Positions 23,393 through 33,037 of a stretch of 64,000 nt of DNA are shown one piece after another. The notes below the pieces were generated by a model, which saw nothing but the letters and a program-made list of their open reading frames with translations, made no database searches and was not told the origin of the DNA. A program made the position numbers and the translations under genes. The first letter of the stretch is position 1, and every line of letters starts with the position of its first letter. The DNA is from Christensenellaceae bacterium (GTDB lineage Bacteria; Bacillota; Clostridia; Christensenellales; CAG-138), in assembly GCA_031261085.1 (NCBI GenBank), contig JAISKB010000013.1, positions 23,723-87,722 on the forward strand, in the 5' to 3' direction.

Positions 23393-24810
23393 GCCTTTTT
23401 CTCCTCCGGATATTCGATGCGGTCGTGCATGATGCCGCTGAACGTGCGCAAAAAGCTGCGCTCTATCTCGGATACGTCGCTTAAGGTGAGCGGCGCGTCG
23501 CTCAACAGGTTTTCATCCCCATCGGTGAGCTTGCTCCATATCACCTTGTGCACCAGCTCCTCCCGGGCTTCCTTCGTGGTTTCGCCCAGGGAGCGCACCG
23601 CCGCCTCGCAGCAATCCGCCAGCAAAACGATGGCGCCTTCGCGGCTGGAGGGCCGGTTGCCGGGGTAGCGGAACTTTTTCGCATCCGCCTCGCCCCCCAG
23701 CGACTGCGCCTTATAGTAAAAATATGCCACCAGGGAATTGCCGTGATGCTCCGCCGCGATGCGCACAACCGAGCCCGGCAGCTTGTTTTTGGCCAGTATA
23801 ATCGCCCCGTCCCGCTGATGCGCCAAAATGATGGCGGCGCTCTCCTCGGGCGGCAGGGTATCGTGTATGTTTTCCCCGGGCTGATTCTCTTTAAAATATT
23901 GCGGCCGCCGCAGCTTGCCCACATCGTGGTAGCACGCGCCCACCCTTGCGAGCAGCGGATCCGCGCCTATGCGCTCCGCCGCGCTTTCGGCCAGCGCCGC
24001 CACGTTCATGCTGTGCTGATAGGTGCCCGGCGCCTCATACATCAGCTGCTTGAGCAGCGGCTGGTTGGTATTGAGCAGCTCGTTGAGCCGCGCCGCCGTA
24101 GCGACATCGAACACATTTTCCCATACGGGCAGGGAACCGACCACCAGCAGCGCGCACAGCAGGGCGGGCAGTATCACCCACACTATGTTCATGAGCAGCA
24201 CAGGCGCCGGCGCCGCGTTTAGCATCCCTATCGCGGCAACGCACAGTGCGGCCACCGCCGCGCCAATCCCCCCGGCGGCGATGATTGCCACGCGGGTTTG
24301 CACCCGGCGCAGCGCATAGGTGGTTGCGACGCCGCCGGCCAGCGTGACCGCCAGCAGGGTAAACGAAGGTATGCCAAAAGCATCCCCCTCCGCGCCCAGC
24401 AGCCCCGCTATCGCCGCGAGCAGCGCCGTGCTCGATAGCGCCGCGCGCTCGCCCACGAGCGTGGCGATGAGCATGATGCCCAGCAGCATGGGCGTAACAT
24501 ATGGGTTTGCCGCGCGTCCCAGCAGCGTCAGCGGCGGCATAACCGCCAGCATCAGCGCGAGTATGAGCGCCTTTTTAAACGTGACCAGCACCGTGCGGGC
24601 CTGTATGAACAGGTCGGCGATAAACAGCGCATAGCACAGCAGCACATATAGCGCAATGCCGATATAGGCCGCGGGTTCCGCCGGTTGGAGGGCCGACAGC
24701 GCGCAAATATACGCCACAAGCATGGGCACAAGCAGCAGCAACGCCGAAAGCGCGCCTATAACACCCGCGAATTTACTTTTGTTGTACGAGGGCATACGAT
24801 CCTCTTTCAT
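23389..24810 (-). CDS. 7TM-HD phosphohydrolase (YqfF/PgpH-like) lacking the long extracellular N-domain
   Basis: Seven hydrophobic helices are followed by an HD domain with HSMNVAALAE and YHDVGK. Confidence 0.85.
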   Translation of the reverse strand: MKEDRMPSYNKSKFAGVIGALSALLLLVPMLVAYICALSALQPAEPAAYIGIALYVLLCYALFIADLFIQARTVLVTFKKALILALMLAVMPPLTLLGRAANPYVTPMLLGIMLIATLVGERAALSSTALLAAIAGLLGAEGDAFGIPSFTLLAVTLAGGVATTYALRRVQTRVAIIAAGGIGAAVAALCVAAIGMLNAAPAPVLLMNIVWVILPALLCALLVVGSLPVWENVFDVATAARLNELLNTNQPLLKQLMYEAPGTYQHSMNVAALAESAAERIGADPLLARVGACYHDVGKLRRPQYFKENQPGENIHDTLPPEESAAIILAHQRDGAIILAKNKLPGSVVRIAAEHHGNSLVAYFYYKAQSLGGEADAKKFRYPGNRPSSREGAIVLLADCCEAAVRSLGETTKEAREELVHKVIWSKLTDGDENLLSDAPLTLSDVSEIERSFLRTFSGIMHDRIEYPEEKKA

Positions 24811-25826
24811 GGTCCATAAGGGGGCCGCGCGTGCTCTGCCTTTTCGTATGCGCGGATAATGCGCTGCACCATCTCGTGGCGCACCACATCTTTATGCGTT
24901 AAAAACACCTGGCTCACGCCCTCCACATCTTTAAGTATTTCCAGCGCGTGCACCAGCCCGCTCTTGCGCTCGCGGGGCAGGTCTATTTGGGTAATATCCC
25001 CCGTCACCACCACGCGGGAGCCCTCGCCGAAGCGGGTGAGAAACATCTTCATCTGCTCGCAGGTGCAGTTTTGCGCCTCATCCAAAATGATGTAGGCATC
25101 GTTGAGCGTGCGCCCGCGCATATAGGCGAGCGGCGCCACCTCGATAGCCCCCCTATCCACCAGCGCGCGAAAGTTTTCGGCGCCCAAAAAATCATATAGC
25201 GCATCGTAGAGAGGGCGCAGATATGGGTCGACCTTGTTCTGCAAATCGCCGGGCAAAAAGCCCAGCTTTTCACCCGCCTCCACCGCGGGCCGCGTGAGGA
25301 TGATCTTTTCGACCTCTTTGTTTTTAAACGCGAGCACCGCCATGGCTACCGCAAGGTAGGTTTTGCCCGTGCCGGCAGGCCCCACGCCCAACACGACCGT
25401 GTGGCGTTTGAGCGCCGAAACATATTTCTTTTGCCCCAGCGTTTTGCATTTGATGCGCCTGCCCTTGTTGGTGAACGCCACCACATCATCCATCAATTCT
25501 ACAATCAGCTCGGCATTGCCCTCCTTGGCCAAGTCGATCGCGTAGCGTATGCGGCTGCGGTCGATGTTCTCGCCCCGGCGCAGTATGGTGAGCAGCTTGT
25601 CCGCCACGGTGTAAGCAAGCTCCGCCGCGGCCGGTTTGCCGCCTATGCGTATGCTGCCGGCATCGGTCTCTATCACCGCGCCGGTCTCCTGCTGGATGAT
25701 GCTCAGGTTTTCATCAAAGGCGCCAAACAGCCGCATCAATTCATCCATGCTCTCCACCGCAAGGATATATTGCTGGGGCGCTTCGGGCGCGCCTGCCTGC
25801 GTCAGGTCCTGTTCGTTGTCAATCAT
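24807..25826 (-). CDS. phoH: PhoH-family ATPase
   Basis: GPAGTGKTYLAVAMAV Walker A, ILDEAQN and VVTGDITQIDLP. Confidence 0.9.
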   Translation of the reverse strand: MIDNEQDLTQAGAPEAPQQYILAVESMDELMRLFGAFDENLSIIQQETGAVIETDAGSIRIGGKPAAAELAYTVADKLLTILRRGENIDRSRIRYAIDLAKEGNAELIVELMDDVVAFTNKGRRIKCKTLGQKKYVSALKRHTVVLGVGPAGTGKTYLAVAMAVLAFKNKEVEKIILTRPAVEAGEKLGFLPGDLQNKVDPYLRPLYDALYDFLGAENFRALVDRGAIEVAPLAYMRGRTLNDAYIILDEAQNCTCEQMKMFLTRFGEGSRVVVTGDITQIDLPRERKSGLVHALEILKDVEGVSQVFLTHKDVVRHEMVQRIIRAYEKAEHARPPYGP

Positions 25827-26976
25827 TATATGCAGCTCCGCTTTGTGCGATATTTTCCTCGGCGATTACGCTCAAAATAACCGTTACGCCGCCATCCGCT
25901 TCTACAATCATTTCATCCTGCGCGCTCAGCACGCGGGCATCCGCCGCAACGCCGGTTTTCATCCGCGCATGCACGCCCTCGGCGGCGATTTGGGCCAGCT
26001 GCGCCTGGCTGAGCATGCGTGGCTGCCGCGTCAATTGGTAAAACGTGATATGCGCCACCTCGACCGGCAAAAGCGCCCGCAGTTCCCGCGCCCCGGTCTG
26101 CACGGCCTCAAACTGCGCATAGGGCGATGCGGCCGGCGCAATCGCCTTGCCCATCACGCGGATTTCAATATATTCCGTCGATTGCCCATTGCGCGCAAGC
26201 ACCATTTGTTCCGGCGCCGCCGTATACGAAAAGCGGTACAGCACCCGGGCGATTACCTCGCCCCGCGCGTGCACAAACGCACCGCTATCGAGGTTGCCCC
26301 CTATCAGCTTTTGCCCCTTTAGCACCGCGTCTCCCGCGTGGAACAACGCCTTGCCCGCCAGCGGCGTTATGCGGCGTATCACGCCATCCTTGGAGGCATA
26401 CAGGCTGCGGGGCGCGCCTTCGGCGAGTATATCCGGCGCCAAATCCGCCTCGCGGATGGATACCTGCAGCACCACGCCATACAGCTCGGCGCCCGCCCAC
26501 GAGATGCGGGAATCCGCCGCCATCACGGCCTGTCCCAAACCGCCCGTGGTAATGCTGCCCCGCCGTATGCCCGGCTGTATGCCCAGCTCGGCCAACGCCG
26601 CGCGCACGCGCTCTTCTTTCACGGCATCGCAGCCCTCCACCCGAACGAACCACACAAAACGCGATGCGAACAACAGCGCGGCTATCACGAATACCCACCC
26701 AAACGCCATCACTTTGCGAAAGCGCATGCGGGAAAGCGCGATGGGCAGCCCATGCTTTTCGAGTATACGGATGCGGCAGCGCAAATCCTTCACCCGGTGC
26801 AGCGCATAAAAGTCGCCTATGCTCACATACGCCGTGAGCGTATGCGGGCCGGTGCGGCGTATGCCCCACAAGCCCAGCCCCTCGCGCAGCGCGCGGTTTA
26901 CGAAGCGCTCCAGGCCAACGCCCTGCATTTGTATCATAACATATCCGGCTAGATTATTCCACATATCCGCCGCCAT
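25819..26976 (-). CDS. yqfD: Sporulation protein YqfD
   Basis: Its position directly after yqfC, the N-terminus MWNNLAGYVMIQMQGVGLERFVNRAL and a central TM helix. The ATG at 26976 follows GAAGGA. Confidence 0.8.
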   Translation of the reverse strand: MAADMWNNLAGYVMIQMQGVGLERFVNRALREGLGLWGIRRTGPHTLTAYVSIGDFYALHRVKDLRCRIRILEKHGLPIALSRMRFRKVMAFGWVFVIAALLFASRFVWFVRVEGCDAVKEERVRAALAELGIQPGIRRGSITTGGLGQAVMAADSRISWAGAELYGVVLQVSIREADLAPDILAEGAPRSLYASKDGVIRRITPLAGKALFHAGDAVLKGQKLIGGNLDSGAFVHARGEVIARVLYRFSYTAAPEQMVLARNGQSTEYIEIRVMGKAIAPAASPYAQFEAVQTGARELRALLPVEVAHITFYQLTRQPRMLSQAQLAQIAAEGVHARMKTGVAADARVLSAQDEMIVEADGGVTVILSVIAEENIAQSGAAYND

Positions 26977-27031
26977 TTCCAATCCTTCCCCTCGCTAGCT
27001 TACCCGGTTTTTACCCGTTCGTTGCACGCAT

Positions 27032-27310
27032 CTATTCATAGAAAACCGCTTGGACGCCGCCGCTGATAAACAACCGCTCCGGCGTCATCTCCTGCAGGGT
27101 GAGCCCGCTGCCCCGCACGCGCAGCAGCCCCGTCGCGGTATACAGGCAGATTTCATCCTCGCGGCAGCCGCATATGCCGGTGTGGTTTTCGATGAGCGCG
27201 TGCTCCCGCCCCAATACGGTGATCTTCGTGGTGCCCGCCGCCTCTTCGGGCAAATCCAGCGCGGCCAGCAGCCGCCTGCTCAGCCTGATGGTTCGCTTGC
27301 CTTTGCGCAC
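27032..27310 (-). CDS. yqfC: Sporulation protein YqfC
   Basis: LDLPEEAAGTTKITVLGREHALIENHTGI...LLRVRGSGLTLQEMTPERLFISGGVQAVFYE. A GTG at 27310 after GAAGGGG gives 92 aa, the typical size. An alternative ATG is at 27349. Confidence 0.7.
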   Translation of the reverse strand: MRKGKRTIRLSRRLLAALDLPEEAAGTTKITVLGREHALIENHTGICGCREDEICLYTATGLLRVRGSGLTLQEMTPERLFISGGVQAVFYE

Positions 27311-27426
27311 GCCCCTCGCCCCTTCCCCCCAATAAGATAAAACCCGCATACAACCAATTGTATGCGGGCCGGGAGTAAAAAAGTAGAAGGCTGTTTGCCG
27401 GGGGCTTACCCCCGCAAGCAAAGGTT

Positions 27427-27714
27427 TTAAACCTGCTCCTCTTCCTCTATTTCATCCATCAATTCCAAAAAATGCTCGAACACCTCGTTCTCCATCACCT
27501 CGCTGTCGATGGAAACATAGGTATCCTCCCCGTCAACCTGCTCCACGCGCAGCAAAACCACCTCGGCCTCGTCGCTCTCCCGGCTGCTTTCCTCCACGGG
27601 CTCCAGCGCGATGTAACGCTCCTTTTCGTATAAAAACGTGAGTATGTGCTCAAACCGCGCGGGCTCGCCGCCTTCATCCAGCAATATGATTTCTCTTTCG
27701 TTATCCTGTTCCAT
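27427..27714 (-). CDS. DUF1292 domain protein
   Basis: An acidic 95-aa protein with FEHILTFLYEKERYIALEPV. It sits next to ruvX, as is usual in Firmicutes. Confidence 0.75.
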   Translation of the reverse strand: MEQDNEREIILLDEGGEPARFEHILTFLYEKERYIALEPVEESSRESDEAEVVLLRVEQVDGEDTYVSIDSEVMENEVFEHFLELMDEIEEEEQV

Positions 27715-27723
27715 ACGCGCTCC

Positions 27724-28146
27724 TTATAGTTGCGGGTTCGTCGCCAAATACCCTTGTAATATCACCACCGCGGCCACCTTATCGACCACCTTGCGGCGCT
27801 CTCTCCAGTTGAGCTCGGCCTCGCACAGCGCGCGCTCGGCGGCCACCGTGGTGAGCCGTTCATCGTAAAACGCATGCTCGCCGCCCCACCCTGCCAGCAC
27901 CAGCTCGGCAAACGCGCGCACCTTATCGCACTGGAAGCCATAGCTGCCATCCATATTGCGGGGCAAGCCAAACAGCAGCCGCACCGGCTTATAGCTTTCC
28001 GCAAGGCGGCGCAAATACGCCGCGTCGGCTTCGTCATCGCCCATGCGCGTATAGGTTTCTAACCCCTGCGCGGTAATCCCCAGAGGATCGCTTACCGCGA
28101 TGCCTACGCGCTTATCCCCCACATCCAGTGCCAATACCCGCTGCAT
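27724..28146 (-). CDS. ruvX: Holliday junction resolvase-like RuvX (YqgF)
   Basis: RVLALDVGDKRVGIAVSD and LPRNMDGS. Confidence 0.9.
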   Translation of the reverse strand: MQRVLALDVGDKRVGIAVSDPLGITAQGLETYTRMGDDEADAAYLRRLAESYKPVRLLFGLPRNMDGSYGFQCDKVRAFAELVLAGWGGEHAFYDERLTTVAAERALCEAELNWRERRKVVDKVAAVVILQGYLATNPQL

Positions 28147-28170
28147 ATCTATCTCCCCGCAAAAGGCGGT

Positions 28171-28443
28171 TCATGCCCGCTCGTTATGCTCCACATAAAA
28201 ACGCACCAATTCCTCGAGCAGCTCATCCCGCTCCAGCAGCCGTATGAGATACCGCGCATTGTTGTAACTGGTGATGTAGGTAGGATCGCCCGAAACGAGG
28301 TACCCGACGATTTGGTTGACAGGGTCGTAGCCCTTTTCTTCCATGGCGGCATAGACTTGCATGAGCACATCGCTCGCCTTGCTCTTTTCTTTTTCTACCC
28401 GAAAATGCATGGTCGCATTGGTGCTTTCGGTCATGTTGCCCAC
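28171..28443 (-). CDS. IreB-family regulatory phosphoprotein (UPF0297)
   Basis: [39 protein letters not shown]. Confidence 0.85.
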   Translation of the reverse strand: MGNMTESTNATMHFRVEKEKSKASDVLMQVYAAMEEKGYDPVNQIVGYLVSGDPTYITSYNNARYLIRLLERDELLEELVRFYVEHNERA

Positions 28444-28561
28444 CTCCCTAATTTACATTGCGTTTGTTACAGTATACCGCAATATTCCAGTTTTTTCAAA
28501 CAGCTTACAACTTCGTTACCCAACTAAGCTGCGGAACGATTCGTTATTGTGCGCCGGCCCA

Positions 28562-28595
28562 TAAAAATACGGCGAAAGCCGCGTTGCTTCCGCCG
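28562..28595 (-). terminator. Intrinsic terminator
   Basis: On the minus strand, a CGGCGGAAG...CTTTCGCCG stem is followed by TATTTTTAT. Confidence 0.55.
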
Positions 28596-28619
28596 CATTT
28601 GGCACGTTGGCAGGTCGCC

Positions 28620-28778
28620 TTAGTTGAACATCCCGTTGATGACGCGCCGCCCGCTCCGCACCGCGCGGCGGGAATCGCGCATCACCCGGCGGGATACATC
28701 GGGGTATAAGGCCGACACCGCCACGCCTGTCGCCACAATGCCCGCGGCCAAGCCCACGGCAAATGGTATTGCTTTCAT
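28620..28778 (-). CDS. Small membrane protein (52 aa), hypothetical
   Basis: GGAAGGAG RBS lies before the ATG at 28778. MKAIPFAVGLAAGIVATGVAVSALY is a single TM helix, followed by an Arg-rich tail. Confidence 0.4.
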   Translation of the reverse strand: MKAIPFAVGLAAGIVATGVAVSALYPDVSRRVMRDSRRAVRSGRRVINGMFN

Positions 28779-28846
28779 CGCGCACACTCCTTCCTTTTTG
28801 GTTGCATTAGTTTGCCCCAAACAAGGAGGGATGCATCTGGTAAATA

Positions 28847-29230
28847 TTATGCGCCTGCGCCGGTTTTGTTTTTTTGATAATCCTCCACCGCGGCGCGCAC
28901 AGCCTCTTCGGCCAGCACCGAGCAATGTATCTTTTGCGGCGGCAAGCCCTCCAGCGCCTCTACCACGGCGGCGTTGCTGAGCGCCAGCGCCTCATCTACA
29001 CTTTTGCCCTTTATCATCTCGGTCGCCATGGAGCTGGTGGCGATGGCCGCGCCGCAGCCAAACGTTTTAAAGCCCACATCCTCTATGATGCCATCATCGT
29101 TGACCTTGATGAACATCTGCATGATATCGCCGCACTTGGCATTGCCTACCATGCCCACGCCATTGGCGCCCTGTACCTCACCCATATTGCGGGGGTGGCT
29201 AAAATGATCCAGTACTTTTTCGGTATACAT
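28847..29230 (-). CDS. nifU: Fe-S cluster scaffold protein NifU/IscU
   Basis: HFSHPRNMGE, NAKCGDIM, FKTFGCGAAIA and HCSVLA. Confidence 0.9.
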   Translation of the reverse strand: MYTEKVLDHFSHPRNMGEVQGANGVGMVGNAKCGDIMQMFIKVNDDGIIEDVGFKTFGCGAAIATSSMATEMIKGKSVDEALALSNAAVVEALEGLPPQKIHCSVLAEEAVRAAVEDYQKNKTGAGA

Positions 29231-29254
29231 ATCGTTTCTCCTTGTTAAGTCAGC

Positions 29255-30415
29255 TTATTTACCGGGGTATATAGGGCTCATGTTCCGCAGGCGATCCGCC
29301 GTTGCGCGCAGCACATCAAGCGTGTAGTCGATATCCTCTTGGGTGGTATCGTCGCTGAGCGTAAGGCGCACGGAGCCGTGCGCAATCTCATGCGGCAAGC
29401 CCATGGCCAGCAGCACATGCGAAGGATCCAGCGAGCCGCTGGTGCAGGCCGAGCCGCTGGACGCAGCCACGCCGTTTAGGTCGAGCATCAGCAGTATGCT
29501 TTCGCCCTCGATATATTTAATGCTGTAGTTCACATTGTTTGGCAGCCGCTTGGTTGGGTGGCCGTTTAGCTTTACCTCCGGGATGGTTTCTATCCCGCGC
29601 ATCAGCCTGTCCCGCAGCTCGATCATCTTGGCGGAATTTTGTTCGATGTGGGAGCAGGCCAGCTCGATAGCCGCGCCCAGCCCCACGATACCCGCCGTGT
29701 TTTCGGTGCCCGCCCGGCGGCCTTGCTCCTGCGCGCCGCCCATGCTGTGCGGCGGCAGGCGAAGCCCCTTGCGGCAGTATAGCGCGCCCACACCCTTGGG
29801 GCCGTGGAACTTGTGCGCCGAAAGCGAAAGCAGGTCTATGCCCATCTCCCGCACCCGCACGGGCACATGCCCCACCGCCTGCACGGCGTCGGTATGGAAC
29901 AGCACATCCTTTTCGTGGCAGACCGCCGCGATTTCGGGTATGGGCATAATCGTGCCCACCTCGTTGTTTGCAAACATGACGGATACGAGTATGGTATCGC
30001 TCCGGATGGCGCTTCGCACCTGCTCCGGCGTTATGAGCCCCTCCGCATCCACGGGCAGGTACGTTACCTCATACCCCTGTTTTTCGAGATATGCACAGGT
30101 GTGCAGCACGGCGTGATGCTCCACGTTGGTCGTGATGATATGCCGGCCCTTGCTCTTATACCGCTCGGCCACGCCCAGCAGCGCCGTGTTGTCGCTTTCG
30201 GTACCGCAGCCGGTAAATATAACCTCTCCCGTTTCGCAGCCCAGCGCCGCCGCTACCTGCTCGCGGGCGAGGTCGATGCCCTGCTTGGCGCGCCTGCCAT
30301 AGGCGTGCACGCTGGAGGGGTTGCCATATACTTCGGTGAGGTATGGCAGCATTTGTTCGAGTACGGCCGGGGCGAGTGCGGTGGTTGCCGCGTTATCCAA
30401 ATATACGTTGCGCAT
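29255..30415 (-). CDS. nifS: Cysteine desulfurase NifS
   Basis: YLDNAATT, SAHKFHGPKG (PLP lysine) and SSGSACTSG (catalytic cysteine). Start taken at MRNVYLD. Confidence 0.9.
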   Translation of the reverse strand: MRNVYLDNAATTALAPAVLEQMLPYLTEVYGNPSSVHAYGRRAKQGIDLAREQVAAALGCETGEVIFTGCGTESDNTALLGVAERYKSKGRHIITTNVEHHAVLHTCAYLEKQGYEVTYLPVDAEGLITPEQVRSAIRSDTILVSVMFANNEVGTIMPIPEIAAVCHEKDVLFHTDAVQAVGHVPVRVREMGIDLLSLSAHKFHGPKGVGALYCRKGLRLPPHSMGGAQEQGRRAGTENTAGIVGLGAAIELACSHIEQNSAKMIELRDRLMRGIETIPEVKLNGHPTKRLPNNVNYSIKYIEGESILLMLDLNGVAASSGSACTSGSLDPSHVLLAMGLPHEIAHGSVRLTLSDDTTQEDIDYTLDVLRATADRLRNMSPIYPGK

Positions 30416-30447
30416 GTCTTTCTTCCTCTTTTTTAATGGTGATTTTA

Positions 30448-30909
30448 TCATGATTTCGCCGGTGTGCCGGCGGAACTTGCCTGTAGGTGGCGCAGCTGGG
30501 TTTTATAATCCTCCGCCATGTCGTGCAGCGTTGTGGCGGATAGCACCTCGTCGATGCGGTTTTGCAGCTTGAGCCAAAGCGGGCGCGCGCTGCACGCGCA
30601 CATGTTGCTGCAATCCCCCCGCACATCGCCCACACAATCCAGCATCGCCGTGCTGCCTTCCAGCGCGCGAAGCACATCCCCCACGTTGATGTCCTGAGGC
30701 GGGCGGGATAGCTTGTACCCACCCTGCGCGCCCCGCACCGATATAACGAGCTCCGCTTTGCGCAAGGCCGCTATCAGCTGCTCGAGGTAGGCATCGCTGA
30801 TGCCCTGCTGGGCCGCCAGCGCGTTGATGGCCATGGTGCCGCCGCCATAGTTGACCGCCAGATCTACCATGGCCTTTAGGCCATAGCGCCCACGGGTAGA
30901 CAGCTTCAT
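30448..30909 (-). CDS. Rrf2-family transcriptional regulator (IscR/CymR-like)
   Basis: MKLSTRGRYGLKAMVDLA and three cysteines (CVGDVRGDCSNMCAC). The longer track ORF is read-through. Confidence 0.88.
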   Translation of the reverse strand: MKLSTRGRYGLKAMVDLAVNYGGGTMAINALAAQQGISDAYLEQLIAALRKAELVISVRGAQGGYKLSRPPQDINVGDVLRALEGSTAMLDCVGDVRGDCSNMCACSARPLWLKLQNRIDEVLSATTLHDMAEDYKTQLRHLQASSAGTPAKS

Positions 30910-31118
30910 ATGCGGCACCTCCAATTCCAAGTAAGTTAGTATGATTTCTATTCTTAATCTATCATACCCAATTCGAATTGTCAATAATCCAGAGTAAAAA
31001 GGTTGGAATTTAAGATATGGTATTTCATGTGGGTTAAGGGAGGTGAACCGGGCGAAGCCCCAAAGCAAAAAACGGCCAAAGCCGCTTTGCGTCATCGGTT
31101 TTATTTCGTTAAACCTCG

Positions 31119-31811
31119 TTAAACCTCTAAAATCAGTTTGGGCGTGAATTCCAGGTGGTCGGCGGAGCATAGCGTATACACGATGCCGCCGCGTTCGCCC
31201 TCAAACGCGTTTTTACAGGACTTGCCATGCAGGTGCCCATAGATTACCCTCTCCACGCCATGGGCCTCCAGCAGCTCTGTGAAGCCGCTCTGCTGCCGCC
31301 GCTCGTTAAAGGGCGGGTAATGCAGCATGCATACCCTGCGTTGGCCCTGCTCCATCGCCTTTAGCGAAAGCTCCAGCCGCATCAGCTCGCGCTGATACAG
31401 CTTTTGATCCCGCGCGGCGTCAAAGAGCGCGCTGCCGGGGCAAACCCAGCCGCGCGTGCCCGCGATGGCGATGCCGCCAAAGCTTAGGCTGTCGTTCTGC
31501 AGGGCATACATGCCCGCAGGCAGGGCGGCGCGCACCTTGGCCAGGGAATCCCACCAATAATCGTGGTTGCCGCGCAGCAGCACCTTGCGGCCCGGCAGGC
31601 GGGCGATAAGCTCGAGGTCATATGCGGCCTGCTGCATGTGCATGGCCCAGCTGATGTCGCCGGGAATAAGCACGACATCCTCGGGGCCGACAAGCCGCTC
31701 CCAGGCGCCCGCGATACGGTCGGCATGCCCATCCCAGTTGGCGCCGAATATATCCATAGGCTTCGCGCAGCCTTGCGAAAGGTGCAAGTCGCCCAAAGCG
31801 AACAGTTTCAT
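31119..31811 (-). CDS. Metallophosphoesterase
   Basis: GDLHL, IPGDISW, GNHDYWW, HYPP and GHLHG motifs. Confidence 0.8.
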   Translation of the reverse strand: MKLFALGDLHLSQGCAKPMDIFGANWDGHADRIAGAWERLVGPEDVVLIPGDISWAMHMQQAAYDLELIARLPGRKVLLRGNHDYWWDSLAKVRAALPAGMYALQNDSLSFGGIAIAGTRGWVCPGSALFDAARDQKLYQRELMRLELSLKAMEQGQRRVCMLHYPPFNERRQQSGFTELLEAHGVERVIYGHLHGKSCKNAFEGERGGIVYTLCSADHLEFTPKLILEV

Positions 31812-31865
31812 CCCGCGCTACCTTCCTCTCGCTCGCCGGTTAAGGCGACGCGGGCAGGGTCGACC

Positions 31866-32270
31866 CTATTCCAGCGCATCCTCTTCCGCTTCTTCGTCTT
31901 CGTTCTCATCCTCGTCCAAATCGGCGCCGCCGCCCAGCTCGCGGTCTATCTCTTCCATCTCCCGCGCGGGGATGTCATCCTCTGAGGCCAGCGGCACTTC
32001 CATGTCGTCCATATCCACTTCGACGATGCTTGCGCCCGCGGCCCGCTTATCGGCCAGCTTGGCAAGGTTCTCTTGCCGGCGCGCTTCCCGCAGGCACAGC
32101 GCGCACAGCTCGCTGCCCCGCACCGCCGCACGCTCACCGCACTCAATGCAAAGCGCGGCGGCCTCTTCGGCTTCCGCTTCGCCCTTCATGTCGCGCCTGC
32201 ATACATTACAGTATTTTTCATCATCCCGGATATAGTTCAGTTCACACCGCGGGCATTTTTTAAGCCCCAT
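31866..32270 (-). CDS. Zinc-ribbon protein with an acidic tail, hypothetical
   Basis: CPRC...CNVC and CIEC...CALC pairs, followed by an Asp/Glu-rich C-terminus. Confidence 0.5.
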   Translation of the reverse strand: MGLKKCPRCELNYIRDDEKYCNVCRRDMKGEAEAEEAAALCIECGERAAVRGSELCALCLREARRQENLAKLADKRAAGASIVEVDMDDMEVPLASEDDIPAREMEEIDRELGGGADLDEDENEDEEAEEDALE

Positions 32271-32389
32271 ATCGTTCCTCCGATTGCATCATTCTGTGGT
32301 ATCGGATATGGCCTACAAGGTTGTCTCCATGTTCGGCTATTCCATATTATGCAAAAGGGATGATTCTATGTCAAGTGCAGGTTTGAAAA

Positions 32390-33037
32390 TTATATGGCAA
32401 AATTATTCGATTCCCGCAATCGCAATTGATCTTCGAGTATGGCGCCGATGCGTTTTTGCAGCTCTTCTCGGCCCTGCGCGTTTTCGGAGGAATAGGGCAG
32501 CGCGCTGGGCGGCGCGCCCAGCAATTTTGCCGCGGCGTTGGCGGATTGCTGCCTGTGCGCGCGGGACAGCTTATCGCTTTTGGTCGCCACCAGCGTGAAC
32601 GGCACGCCGTAGTAGAGGATCCACTCAAACATTTGCTTATCCTCGGCGGTGGGCGCATGGCGGATATCCAGCAGCAGGAATATGTGCGTGAGCCGCCCGC
32701 TGGCAAGGTAACGCTCCATCAGCCTGCCCCACGCTTCCTTTTCGGTTTTGGGGGCTTTGGCGAAGCCGTAGCCGGGCAAATCCACCAGGTAGAGCTGCCG
32801 GTTGATGCAAAAGAAATTGATCAGCCGCGTTTTTCCCGGGCTGCCGGATACGCGCGCCAGCTTATAGTTGTTGCACAGCGAGTTGATGAGGCTGGACTTG
32901 CCCACGTTGGATTTGCCCACCATGGCTATCTCCACGCCGCAGGGCGCGGGCGGCGGATAATCCCCGCTCATGCCCACGCTGGTTATAAATTCCGCCTGTT
33001 TTATCGCAAAGTCATCCATCTGACGCCTTTCTGTCAT
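32390..33037 (-). CDS. engB: Ribosome biogenesis GTPase YsxC/EngB
   Basis: GKSNVGKSSLINSL, DLPGYG and TKSDK. Confidence 0.9.
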   Translation of the reverse strand: MTERRQMDDFAIKQAEFITSVGMSGDYPPPAPCGVEIAMVGKSNVGKSSLINSLCNNYKLARVSGSPGKTRLINFFCINRQLYLVDLPGYGFAKAPKTEKEAWGRLMERYLASGRLTHIFLLLDIRHAPTAEDKQMFEWILYYGVPFTLVATKSDKLSRAHRQQSANAAAKLLGAPPSALPYSSENAQGREELQKRIGAILEDQLRLRESNNFAI